Shown here piece by piece: positions 1 through 9,346 of a DNA stretch of 64,000 nt (positions are counted from its first letter, which is position 1; each line of letters begins with the position of its first letter). The notes below the pieces were generated by a model that saw only the letters and a list, made by a program, of their open reading frames with translations, was not told the DNA's origin and made no database searches. The stretch is taken from assembly GCA_963924875.1 (NCBI GenBank), contig CAWUSX010000022.1, positions 36,808 to 100,807 on the forward strand, in the 5' to 3' direction. The position numbers were made by a program, and so were the translations under genes. This stretch comes from an uncultured Gammaproteobacteria bacterium. GTDB taxonomy: Bacteria > Pseudomonadota > Gammaproteobacteria > SZUA-229.

Positions 1-780
1 AATGGTGCACTTGATTATGTTACTAAACCATTTAATGCCAGGGAGCTGCTATCCCGTATACGCAACCTGGTAGATGTAAAGCTGGCACGTAATTTTATAC
101 ATCAACAGAAAGAACTATTAAAGAAAGAAGTCGCACAACGTACTTATGAATTAGAACAGCGCACGGCAGAATTGCATGAGACGCGCTTACAAGTGGTGCG
201 TCGTTTAGGCCGTGCTGCAGAGTACAGAGATAATGAAACTGGCCTTCATATTGTACGCATGAGTAAGATGGCGGCTTTGCTGGGTAAGGCTGCGGGAATG
301 AATGAATATGATTGTGACCTGTTGCTTAATGCGGCACCCATGCACGATATTGGCAAGCTAGGTATACCGGATCACATATTACTGAAGCCCGGGAAATTTG
401 ATGCAGAGGAATGGGCTATTATGCAAACTCATGCTCAAATTGGCGCGGACATTCTTTCTGGTGATGACTCAGAGCTATTAAGAATGGCAGAAGAAATTGC
501 CTTATCACATCACGAAAAATGGAATGGTAAGGGTTATCCAAATGGCCTCGCAGGAGAGAATATTCCATTGACGGGTCGCTTATGTGCATTATCGGATGTG
601 TTTGATGCCTTAACATCTGTGCGACCGTATAAGAAAGCCTGGACAGTAGAAAAGGCAGTGGACTTAATAAAGGAAGAGAGCGGAAAGCATTTCGATCCAA
701 GGCTGGTCGAGCTCTTTATTAAGTTGTTACCGGAAATGGTGGCAATAAAAGAACAATACGCAGAGCCAGAAAGTGAATAA
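1..780 (+). CDS. Response regulator with HD-GYP output domain (RpfG-like c-di-GMP phosphodiesterase); 5' end cut by window edge
   Basis: Frame 1 is open from nt 1 (NGALDYVTKPFNARELLSRIRNL, the end of a CheY-like receiver). It continues in the same frame into ORF 172-780, which carries HDIGK and HHEKWNGKGYPNGL (HD...GYP signature). Confidence 0.85.
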   Translation, partial: NGALDYVTKPFNARELLSRIRNLVDVKLARNFIHQQKELLKKEVAQRTYELEQRTAELHETRLQVVRRLGRAAEYRDNETGLHIVRMSKMAALLGKAAGMNEYDCDLLLNAAPMHDIGKLGIPDHILLKPGKFDAEEWAIMQTHAQIGADILSGDDSELLRMAEEIALSHHEKWNGKGYPNGLAGENIPLTGRLCALSDVFDALTSVRPYKKAWTVEKAVDLIKEESGKHFDPRLVELFIKLLPEMVAIKEQYAEPESE

Positions 781-1028
781 TATACATGCTAGGTCTGTAT
801 TGACTCTCACTGCAGCAGGCGTGATTACTCTTTAGTAAAAGTTGTAAAAATAAGTCCTTTCTGGGCGCTTTTCACAGATGAACACAATATATCTATATTC
901 AAAGACTTTCCGTCCGATTTTATGTTTAAGCAGGGTGTTGCTACTTTATTAGCTAAGTAATTTATGCCTTTTGCGCTTATAATTAACCCAATAATAAATA
1001 CCACCAGTAAAGAACCTGAGGAATAAAT

Positions 1029-1490
1029 GTGACCAATAACGATGTTTTGCGCCGTATCCGATATGCCTTTGATTTTAATGATTCAAAGATGATAGCCATA
1101 TTTGGCATGGCTGATCATGAGGTGACTAGAGAACAGGTTAGTGATTGGTTGAAGAAAGATGACGATACTGATTTTGAGGAATTAAGCGATACAGATTTGG
1201 CGATTTATTTAAATGGCCTAATTAATGATCGGCGCGGTAAAAAGGAAGGCGTTCAGCCAGAGCCAGAGAAGCGTATCAATAATAATATTATTTTAAGAAA
1301 ATTAAAAATAGCGTTAGATCTTAAAGCAGAAGATATATTAGAAATACTGGCGTTATCTGATGCCCAGATAAGCAAGCATGAGCTGAGTGCCTTTTTTCGT
1401 AAGCCAGAGCATAAGCATTTTCGTAAATGTAAAGACCAAATTTTACGTAAGTTTATAGATGGAGTTCAGGCGAAGTACCGTAAAGACTAA
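1029..1490 (+). CDS. DUF1456 family protein (YehS-like)
   Basis: 153 aa with two related halves (NDVLRRIRYAFDFND... and NIILRKLKIALDLKAEDILEIL...), as I remember for YehS/DUF1456. GTG start lies 6 nt after GAGGA (1018-1022). Confidence 0.6.
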   Translation: MTNNDVLRRIRYAFDFNDSKMIAIFGMADHEVTREQVSDWLKKDDDTDFEELSDTDLAIYLNGLINDRRGKKEGVQPEPEKRINNNIILRKLKIALDLKAEDILEILALSDAQISKHELSAFFRKPEHKHFRKCKDQILRKFIDGVQAKYRKD

Positions 1491-1716
1491 ATCGTCCAGT
1501 GGTAAATGAACCTGTAGTAATGCAGGTTGCTATGTTTGACGCAATTAGCACTTATGAATATGTTTTATAAATTCATTAGTTAAGCGGTATAAATTTACAT
1601 GATTTTTGTTTAAAATCATCCGCTGTTTCACAGTATGTTGATTGTAAGCTGCGCTGCAGTCGTTGTGAAAAACATAAGTATTGTTAATTGTTAAAGTGAA
1701 GATCGAGAACCTCAAA

Positions 1717-2259
1717 ATGAACAATCCATTTCAAGAACAACTGTTAAAAGCAGGCTTAGTAAGTAAACAGCAGGTGCAGCAAGCCAATACTGATAAAAAT
1801 AAGAAGAAAAAGCAGCAGCGAAATCAAAAAGATAAAGTTGTCGATGAGTCGAAAATAAAGGCCAAGCAGATTGCTGATGCCAAAATGCAACGTGATCGCG
1901 AACTAAACCAAAAGAAACAAATCCAGGCAAAAGCCAAGGCGCTTTCTGCAGAAATTAATCAGCTTATTTTAGATAATTTAATAAAACGTGATGATACATG
2001 TGAGATTATTTACAATTTTGAGCATGATAAAAAAGTTAAGCGCATTTATGTAAATGCCGAAATGAAACAGCAGATTATTAAGGGCAAGTTGGGCTTGGCC
2101 CGAATTGATGGGCGATATGAATTAGTGCCTGCATCAGTGGCTGAAAAAATTAAGCAACGAAATGAACGTCGCGTAGTTGTTTTTACCGAGGTTACTCAAG
2201 CTAAAGATGAGAATGACCCGTACGCTGATTTTGAAATACCTGATGATTTAACCTGGTAG
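1717..2259 (+). CDS. DUF2058 family protein (YaiL-like, Lys/Gln-rich)
   Basis: The internal ATG at 1717 gives MNNPFQEQLLKAGLVSKQQ..., a YaiL-type N-terminus, followed by a K/Q-rich low-complexity segment. The upstream TTG of the ORF track is less likely. Confidence 0.55.
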   Translation: MNNPFQEQLLKAGLVSKQQVQQANTDKNKKKKQQRNQKDKVVDESKIKAKQIADAKMQRDRELNQKKQIQAKAKALSAEINQLILDNLIKRDDTCEIIYNFEHDKKVKRIYVNAEMKQQIIKGKLGLARIDGRYELVPASVAEKIKQRNERRVVVFTEVTQAKDENDPYADFEIPDDLTW

Positions 2260-2301
2260 GTAAGTTATTAAAACTTTTTATCTAATTGCTGCAGTATTAA
2301 T

Positions 2302-4401
2302 TTGTTAGAAAAAATACAGTTAACTATAAATAAGCTTAAGCCTGATTTATTGCTTTCCCGGCAGCGAATTAGCATTGTCTCGCACCTCGCTGATGATGTC
2401 ACTCATCAAGCATTGTCCTCGTTTGTTAAGAGCTTGCACTGCTCAAAACTTTTAATCATTTCATCAATCATTGAAAACTCAATTCCACCTGAAAAGGCCT
2501 CTATAAAGCTAGGAGAGGAGCATGATGGTGTGATATTTGATGCGCGAGATCGGTTTGATGCAAATGCATTAGGCATTGTTTCAGGTGTATTGTGTGGTGG
2601 TGGTTTATTAATTATTTTTTTACCTGAAAAAGACAAATGGCTTAAGTGGAATAGTCGTTACATGAAGCATTTCAAGTCGCTTCTTGCCGGTAGAGAAGGT
2701 GTTTATTATATTGATGAAAATAGTGAAGTAGAAGAAAGTCTCTTAAGTATCTCTCCAAAGCAGATAAATTCTGAGAATATACCCGAGCCCTATAAAAGTA
2801 TTGAACAAAAACACACCGTTGAAAAACTTGCGTATTCAATTTCAACTGACAGTGATGCATGTGCTGTTCTTACTGCAGGGCGAGGGCGGGGGAAAACATC
2901 ATCATTGGGATTACTTGTTGCAAACTTAGTATCAGCTGGTACGTATAAAGTGCTGGTTACTTCTCCTCGAAAATCGATAACAGAACCTTTTTTCAAACAT
3001 CTGATTAAGCAGTGCCCCGAAGCGATAAAAAGTAGATATGGCTATGAAATTAATAGCTCTTCTATTGATTTTCTTGCACCTGATGAGCTGTTAAATAAAA
3101 AACCTGTAGCAGATTTAATATTAGTTGATGAAGCGGCTGCGATTCCATTGCCCATGTTAAAAGAACTGTTAAACAGTTATCCTAAAATTATTTTTTCTAC
3201 AACAACGCATGGCTATGAGGGGACAGGTCGTGGATTTGTGCTTAAATTTTATGAATTACTGAATAATTGTCGGGAAAACTGGTTAAAAATGGAATTGCAT
3301 CAACCGATTCGCTGGAGGGAAGATGATTTTCTTGAAAGATGGATAGAAGATGTTCTTTTTCTTAATACGGAAACGCCGGAAGTTTCAAAAATTCCAGATC
3401 ACCCAACAGAATGTCGGTTTGAACAAGTTGATCGGGATATTTTGCTGAGTGATAAAAACAAAATGTCATGTATTTTTTCTTTATTAGTTTTTGCACATTA
3501 TAAAACTAGTCCTGCAGATTTTCAGTATCTGTTGGACGATGAAAGCGTGCGTATTTATTCGCTTAGCCACATGGGGTGTGTGTTGGGTGTGCTGGCTATT
3601 AGTGAAGAAGGAGGCTTTGATAAAGACCTGTCGTCTGATATATATAAAGGCAAGCGACGGCCTAAAGGACACTTGTTGGCGCAAACATTATGTTTTCATG
3701 CGGGCTATGAGTCAGCTGCGCAACTCAAATATTCTAGAGTAATGCGAATAGCTATTCATCCGCATGTTCAGCGACGCGGTCTGGGGCATTATTTTATACA
3801 GCAGGTTGTTAAGCAAGAGTGCGATCATGATGTGGATATATTTGGCAGTAGTTTTTCATCAACCTTTGAATTACTGAAGTTTTGGAAAGATGCAGGATTT
3901 TTTATTTTACGCTTTGGTTTTAGTCGTGATCATGTGACTGCATCGTATGCTGCAGTCGTTGGTTTTGGGCTATCGACGCAGGGAGATATGGTTGTGAATG
4001 CGCTTTCTCGTAAATTTGAACGTAACTTAGATGCATGGCAGCAAGGCCCGTTATCTTCACTGGCAGATGATATTAAAGATTATTTGCATAGTGATATTCA
4101 ATTATACGATCAAAGTTTTTCAATATCGGACTATGAAGACGTAAATTCATTTGCAAATTATAACCGTAACTATGAAGCCTGTATGCCGGCTATTAATCGA
4201 TTTATTGCAGAGCATACGGTTTTGCCAGATGATATGAGTCAACAGGAAAAAAATATTATATCGATTAGTCAGCAATACGCTGGCGACTGGAAAAAAATAG
4301 TTGAGTGCATTGGCGTTACTGGAAAGGCTCAGGCAATCGCTTCGTTAAGATCAGCGTTAAGTCGTTTATTTGAAAATCATCTCAATAATAATGAAATTTA
4401 A
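2302..4401 (+). CDS. tmcA: tRNA(Met) cytidine acetyltransferase TmcA
   Basis: 699 aa with a helicase-type Walker A (TAGRGRGKTS), DEAAAIP, TTHGYEGTGRGF and a GNAT segment (RIAIHPHVQRRGLG). The TTG start is uncertain. Confidence 0.85.
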   Translation: MLEKIQLTINKLKPDLLLSRQRISIVSHLADDVTHQALSSFVKSLHCSKLLIISSIIENSIPPEKASIKLGEEHDGVIFDARDRFDANALGIVSGVLCGGGLLIIFLPEKDKWLKWNSRYMKHFKSLLAGREGVYYIDENSEVEESLLSISPKQINSENIPEPYKSIEQKHTVEKLAYSISTDSDACAVLTAGRGRGKTSSLGLLVANLVSAGTYKVLVTSPRKSITEPFFKHLIKQCPEAIKSRYGYEINSSSIDFLAPDELLNKKPVADLILVDEAAAIPLPMLKELLNSYPKIIFSTTTHGYEGTGRGFVLKFYELLNNCRENWLKMELHQPIRWREDDFLERWIEDVLFLNTETPEVSKIPDHPTECRFEQVDRDILLSDKNKMSCIFSLLVFAHYKTSPADFQYLLDDESVRIYSLSHMGCVLGVLAISEEGGFDKDLSSDIYKGKRRPKGHLLAQTLCFHAGYESAAQLKYSRVMRIAIHPHVQRRGLGHYFIQQVVKQECDHDVDIFGSSFSSTFELLKFWKDAGFFILRFGFSRDHVTASYAAVVGFGLSTQGDMVVNALSRKFERNLDAWQQGPLSSLADDIKDYLHSDIQLYDQSFSISDYEDVNSFANYNRNYEACMPAINRFIAEHTVLPDDMSQQEKNIISISQQYAGDWKKIVECIGVTGKAQAIASLRSALSRLFENHLNNNEI

Positions 4402-4421
4402 TTATTTCACTAGAGGAATAA

Positions 4422-5168
4422 ATGGCCATAGTATGGAGTAAAAGTGTCTCGGGTGTGAAGTATGAAGTGCGATCTGCCGGGAATAGCTTGCGCCTGTATA
4501 CAGATGGTGTTTTTCATAGTCAGTACAATTCTAAACAAATATTAACAGGGCATGTTTGGGATTTGCTGATGCTGCCTGCCTTCTTTTATCCTAAGAAAAA
4601 AATAAAGCGTGTGTTAGTTATGGGTGTGGGGGGAGGTGCAGTGTTGCACATGATACGCCATTTTTTTACAGCAGATGAGATTGTAGGTATTGAGTTGAAT
4701 CCTGTGCATATTTCAATTGGCAAACGTTTTTTTGATTTGAATAAAGCGCCTATTAAATTAATTGAGGCAGATGCAATAAATTGGCTTAAAAGTTATCGTG
4801 GTGAAAAGTTCGATATAATCATCGATGATTTATTTAGCGAAAAAAATGGAGAACCTGTACCGGTCATTGGAGCCACGCAGAAGTGGTTTGGCATAATGCT
4901 GAGGAATTTGCTGGATGATGGTGTAATTGTAAGAAATTTTATTAATAGAGAAGAATTGTTGTGCTCGGCAGGTTTAGCGAATTCACTTACGAATAAAAAA
5001 TTCAATTCAGTATTTCAATTTAGTAATTCTTTTAATGAAAATTATGTAGCTGCCTATTTAAGAAAATCAGCAACAAGCCAGCAACTGCGTAAGCATTTAG
5101 TGCTTTCTGGGCTGAATCCCAGTTTAAAAACCAGCCGGTTAAGATATCGTATAAGAAAACTGGCTTAA
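4422..5168 (+). CDS. Spermidine-synthase-like class I SAM-dependent methyltransferase
   Basis: 248 aa with the glycine-rich SAM loop VLVMGVGGGAV followed by IVGIELNP and IIIDDLF. ATG lies after GAGGAATAA. Confidence 0.55.
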   Translation: MAIVWSKSVSGVKYEVRSAGNSLRLYTDGVFHSQYNSKQILTGHVWDLLMLPAFFYPKKKIKRVLVMGVGGGAVLHMIRHFFTADEIVGIELNPVHISIGKRFFDLNKAPIKLIEADAINWLKSYRGEKFDIIIDDLFSEKNGEPVPVIGATQKWFGIMLRNLLDDGVIVRNFINREELLCSAGLANSLTNKKFNSVFQFSNSFNENYVAAYLRKSATSQQLRKHLVLSGLNPSLKTSRLRYRIRKLA

Positions 5169-5413
5169 GAGCTGTATTTATTGGTGGGAGAGGTGTAAAT
5201 ATAGCTGTCTTCAGTCAGATCTTCTATTTTCCACCGGATGTAAGTTTTAAATAAACGCCATTCTTCCTGTAGTTGCTCGTCTGGTAGGTTCTCATGTGAT
5301 TTTACAAATTGTGAAAATTCATCGAGATGATTAAGTAACTCATCCATGTCTTTAATGCCGCAGGTGTGCGTATTGTTATATTTATTTCGTTTTGTTGGTT
5401 GTGATTCTTTCAT
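5165..5413 (-). CDS. Hypothetical protein, 82 aa (orphan)
   Basis: ORF only. Its start overlaps the stop of the upstream 109-aa ORF in ATGA (translational coupling). No family recognised. Confidence 0.45.
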   Translation of the reverse strand: MKESQPTKRNKYNNTHTCGIKDMDELLNHLDEFSQFVKSHENLPDEQLQEEWRLFKTYIRWKIEDLTEDSYIYTSPTNKYSS

Positions 5414-5739
5414 GCCGCACTACTTTTAAGTTCTTGTAATTGGCTGCAAAAATCTACCAAGTTATTTGACCAGTGATGAACGTTTGAGAGCTCTAATGAG
5501 TTAGATGCTATTAGACTGCTTAGTACGTGTAGTTGGTGAGTGATATTTTGTATGTTGGTGAGAGAATTATGCTCTACAAGACCTGAATTAATGATTTGCA
5601 GTTGATTATCCATATACCGGCTAAATAAATTGCAGGCATTACGAAAATCTGAATTAGCAGGGTTTTCTGTGGAGCTAACAATGTCGCCGAAGTTGAGCGT
5701 TTCCTGGGTTAGTTCGTTTAGTTGCTCTTCGATGCCCAT
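5410..5739 (-). CDS. Hypothetical protein, 109 aa, predicted all-helical, N/Q/S/H-rich (orphan)
   Basis: ORF with a GGTGGAAG-type SD just upstream of the ATG, coupled to the 82-aa ORF. No family recognised. Confidence 0.5.
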   Translation of the reverse strand: MGIEEQLNELTQETLNFGDIVSSTENPANSDFRNACNLFSRYMDNQLQIINSGLVEHNSLTNIQNITHQLHVLSSLIASNSLELSNVHHWSNNLVDFCSQLQELKSSAA

Positions 5740-5869
5740 CTTCCACCTATCTATATAGTCAGCTGTGTTTATTTGAGAAGTATATTTTAGCTGAATAGAT
5801 AGGGTGAAAATTGTAAATTAAACTGAAATGCATGTCAGAAAATCCCTACAAAGGGCACCATCTTTGAGC

Positions 5870-6202
5870 TTAATCGTTGAATTCTGTACGGATGATTAGG
5901 TCTTGTTGTGCAAGTATTTTGGCCATGCGGGCTAGATTGTCTTCATTGGCAAATATAGTGTCACCATGCCCTTCAGCCTGGAGTATGGTTTTTCTGGTTT
6001 TAGGATTTGTTACGGTGAGTTGCCAGATATGATTGTCTATTTTATAGCGTTTAACGCTGAGGTTGCTGTTGCCAAATCCCCAATTATTTTGACTAAGCAA
6101 TGTTTCCTTCGTGTTCTGTTGTAGGTCAGACAGTCCTGAGTTAGTTTCAGTTTGTCTGTAGATAGGGCGGAAACTAGCTGGTATTTGAGGAGAATTTTTC
6201 AT
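5870..6202 (-). CDS. Hypothetical protein, 110 aa (orphan)
   Basis: ORF only, lying downstream of a very AT-rich spacer. No family recognised. Confidence 0.5.
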   Translation of the reverse strand: MKNSPQIPASFRPIYRQTETNSGLSDLQQNTKETLLSQNNWGFGNSNLSVKRYKIDNHIWQLTVTNPKTRKTILQAEGHGDTIFANEDNLARMAKILAQQDLIIRTEFND

Positions 6203-6616
6203 AGTTGTCTTTACAGTTATCTTGTTTAAGTCATTGTTCGGGCATCTACTTTGTGTATTTTTTACATTATTAACAAAAATCTAACAGAATTATAAATAAA
6301 TGTGAATTATATAATGGTTTTTTCTGATGAAAAGTCATTACACTATAATAATATTCTAATCTACATGATGTAACTTATTGTATTTAATATATTTTTATAT
6401 GTTGTATGGTTTAAATATAATAATATTAGAAAATATATAAAATTTACTTATAAATATCAAATATCTTTTTTTAAGGCGCGCGTAATTTAATGAAGTAGTG
6501 TTATTTTTCCATGTTTTGTAACTATTTTGTCCTGAAATATTGATAATGCTTAGACTTAATAGTGTTTTCCTATAAGATACTCGGTTTTCTGCGTTTCGGA
6601 CTACCGAAGGTGATGT

Positions 6617-7111
6617 ATGAATAATAAAGTTGGTGTAGTCATGGGTAGCACTAGTGATTGGCCTGTAATGAAGCTTGCGGTGCAGCAATTAGAGGCATTT
6701 GGTATCGAGTATGAGATGCGCGTAGTGTCTGCGCATAGAACGCCGGATTTGCTATTCGAATATGCCGCCACTGCACGTGAGCGTGGTTTGGCCTGTATTA
6801 TTGCGGGTGCGGGAGGTGCTGCGCATTTGCCGGGGATGCTGGCTGCAAAAACTACCTTACCGATATTGGGTGTCCCGGTAAATTCAAAATATCTTAAGGG
6901 AATGGACTCATTGCTTTCAATTGTGCAAATGCCAAAGGGAGTACCGGTTGCAACCTTTGCAATTGGTGAGGCAGGTGCGACAAATGCTGGTTTATATGCT
7001 GTTGCGATACTGGCATGTCAAGACGATAACCTGGCTAATAAACTTGATGATTTTCGAGCAGAGCAACAAGAAGCAGTGCTTGCAATGCAGCTTCCTCCAG
7101 AAGAAATATAG
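6617..7111 (+). CDS. purE: N5-carboxyaminoimidazole ribonucleotide mutase
   Basis: 164 aa with [22 protein letters not shown] and [10 protein letters not shown], the PurE hallmarks. Confidence 0.95.
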   Translation: MNNKVGVVMGSTSDWPVMKLAVQQLEAFGIEYEMRVVSAHRTPDLLFEYAATARERGLACIIAGAGGAAHLPGMLAAKTTLPILGVPVNSKYLKGMDSLLSIVQMPKGVPVATFAIGEAGATNAGLYAVAILACQDDNLANKLDDFRAEQQEAVLAMQLPPEEI

Positions 7112-7120
7112 GTTGATTTA

Positions 7121-8236
7121 ATGTTACTACCTGGCTCAACTCTTGGTGTATTAGGCGGAGGTCAACTAGGCAGAATGTTCTGCATGGCTGCACGTACTAT
7201 GGGATATCGTACGGTCGTTCTCGATCCTGATAGCAATAGCCCTGCGGGAGAAGTGGCTGACCAGCAAATAGTTGCGGATTACACTAGCAGGGCCGCATTG
7301 GCTGAGATGGCAGAGTTATGTGATGCCATTACGACAGAATTTGAAAATGTACCAGCGGAGAGTCTGCAGTTTCTATCGGCACGTAAGCCTGTGCATCCCT
7401 CAGCAGATGCTGTTGCGGTAGCGTGTCATCGTATCCAGGAAAAAAACTATGCCCAACAGGCTGGCTTGAATCCAGCGCCCTATGCATTAATTAGCGCTGC
7501 GAATGATTTTGCTGCTGCGATAGCGGTGACAGGCTTTCCCGCAATTATTAAAACAACGACGCTTGGTTATGATGGCAAGGGCCAGCAAGTGATTGATAAT
7601 TTGTCACAGCTGGAAAACGCGTTTAAGGCATTAGATCAGGTTGAATGTGTGTTAGAGCGTAAAATGGATTTGGCAGTAGAAATATCTGTTTTGCTGGCAC
7701 GAAATTCTCAGGGTGCAGTAGCTTGTTATCCGCCAGCTGAAAATGATCACCGCAATGGTATTTTGCACCAGAGCATTGTACCCGCGCGAGTAGAAAGCAG
7801 CTTAGCTGAAAAAGCAAAGTCTCAAGCCATCGGTTTAGCCGAGGCATTAAATTATGTTGGCATAATGGCGGTAGAGTTTTTTGTGACTACTGATGGGCAG
7901 CTTATTTTTAATGAGATGGCTCCAAGGCCACATAATAGCGGGCACTATACGATGGATGCTGCGGTAACATCGCAGTTTGAGCAGCAAGTACGTGTGATGT
8001 GTGAGTTGCCACCTGGTGATGCACGGCTAACCAGCCCTGTTGTTATGATTAACCTGCTTGGCGATCTGTGGCCGGTGGACTGGGTCAGGTGTTTGAATGA
8101 TCCTGCGCTAAAGCTGCATTTATATGGCAAAACTGAAGCAAGAAATGGCCGTAAGATGGGGCATTTTAATTTGCTAGCAGATGACATCAATATGGCTATC
8201 AAGGCTGCAGATGATATCTTTCAAAAAATATCATAA
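7121..8236 (+). CDS. purK: N5-carboxyaminoimidazole ribonucleotide synthase
   Basis: 371 aa ATP-grasp protein (LGVLGGGQLGRM, GYDGKGQ, NEMAPRPHNSGH) immediately after purE. Confidence 0.93.
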   Translation: MLLPGSTLGVLGGGQLGRMFCMAARTMGYRTVVLDPDSNSPAGEVADQQIVADYTSRAALAEMAELCDAITTEFENVPAESLQFLSARKPVHPSADAVAVACHRIQEKNYAQQAGLNPAPYALISAANDFAAAIAVTGFPAIIKTTTLGYDGKGQQVIDNLSQLENAFKALDQVECVLERKMDLAVEISVLLARNSQGAVACYPPAENDHRNGILHQSIVPARVESSLAEKAKSQAIGLAEALNYVGIMAVEFFVTTDGQLIFNEMAPRPHNSGHYTMDAAVTSQFEQQVRVMCELPPGDARLTSPVVMINLLGDLWPVDWVRCLNDPALKLHLYGKTEARNGRKMGHFNLLADDINMAIKAADDIFQKIS

Positions 8237-8396
8237 AAAATTTAGTGCCTGAATTATTATTCGGGTGAATTGGGTCTCACTTCAATGCATTCAATTTGCT
8301 GTATATAGCCTAGGCGATTGATGTTTGCTCGCTCTCTGTCATAATCATTTGTATAAAATTATACTAATTATCGACTAAGGGAAATAGGTACTCATT

Positions 8397-8837
8397 ATGA
8401 GCTTCTCAGAGCCTGTTCGAGAGTTTGAGGGTGACCTGGATCACCCTGAAAATGCACAAATTATTCAATTTCTAAAGCAACACCAGCCATCTGCCTATAC
8501 AGATATTGTTCAGCTACTAGTTGAGTCAGCTGAAGACCTCCCCGATGTGAAATTTTACTGCCCAGATACAGATAATCATGCCTATTATCTGGCGCATACA
8601 CCCGAGGGTATTATATTTGCGGCGGCAATGGGCATGAGTGCACTCATGTATCGTTTGCCCAAGCAGTCGATGTCGGCTGCATTAATGAAGGGCGGCGAGA
8701 TATTTCCTGAAATAGGCGAACCCTGGGTAAGTTTTAATCCCTTTTGGCCTGAAAAGGAAAAGACCGATAAGGTAAATATGGATGATATGAAACAGTGGTG
8801 TAATTTAGCTTCGCACTATGCGATGTCGGGAAATTAA
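8397..8837 (+). CDS. Hypothetical acidic protein, 146 aa
   Basis: ORF only; its stop lies 2 nt before the next ATG. No family recognised. Confidence 0.55.
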   Translation: MSFSEPVREFEGDLDHPENAQIIQFLKQHQPSAYTDIVQLLVESAEDLPDVKFYCPDTDNHAYYLAHTPEGIIFAAAMGMSALMYRLPKQSMSAALMKGGEIFPEIGEPWVSFNPFWPEKEKTDKVNMDDMKQWCNLASHYAMSGN

Positions 8838-8839
8838 AT

Positions 8840-9346
8840 ATGACCACTTCTATGTCCACAATAATGCGTCTTTATAAAATATGTGCACTGCTGGGTACAT
8901 TAATTATTTTATTAGATGCTGGCTTTTCCTGGATGCGCATTGCGGCCTTTGAAAACACAGTAACTGAGGTGTTTGAGTCAATTGTTAGAGTTCAAATGGA
9001 GGTTGATGGTTTGCAGCAGGAATTGTCACATTTGGATAAAGTGTTGCAAGTCACAGTGGATAAAGAGGCTACCACTGAAGTGCTTGTTGATAATGTTGGT
9101 TACTCTGAGTATGAAATAGAACGATTGAAAGATGAACATGTCAGCATAAAATTATATTTACAAGAAAAGCAATTAGGGCTTGTAGCACTAAACACTGAAA
9201 AAAAACACATTATGAATGAGGTGCGTATATTATTTCTAATGTCGTTAGTGTTTTTAATTTTAGGCACATTGTTAGCTGCTTTTGGTTATCTTGCCTGGTA
9301 TTTTAAAGTTGAGCTTTTTGAAGATCGCCGAAAAAATGCTAGATAA
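8840..9346 (+). CDS. Hypothetical membrane protein, 168 aa (N- and C-terminal hydrophobic helices flanking a coiled-coil-like segment)
   Basis: Hydrophobic stretches LYKICALLGTLIILLDAGF and ILFLMSLVFLILGTLLAAFGYLAWYF flank a charged heptad-like middle. Tightly coupled to the 146-aa ORF. Confidence 0.55.
   Translation: MTTSMSTIMRLYKICALLGTLIILLDAGFSWMRIAAFENTVTEVFESIVRVQMEVDGLQQELSHLDKVLQVTVDKEATTEVLVDNVGYSEYEIERLKDEHVSIKLYLQEKQLGLVALNTEKKHIMNEVRILFLMSLVFLILGTLLAAFGYLAWYFKVELFEDRRKNAR

Noticed and set aside
6395-6688. 97-aa minus-strand ORF in the AT-rich spacer, overlapping the purE start
   Set aside because: Its Ile/Asn/Lys/Tyr-rich translation is produced by AT-rich DNA. It overlaps the purE 5' end and has no SD.
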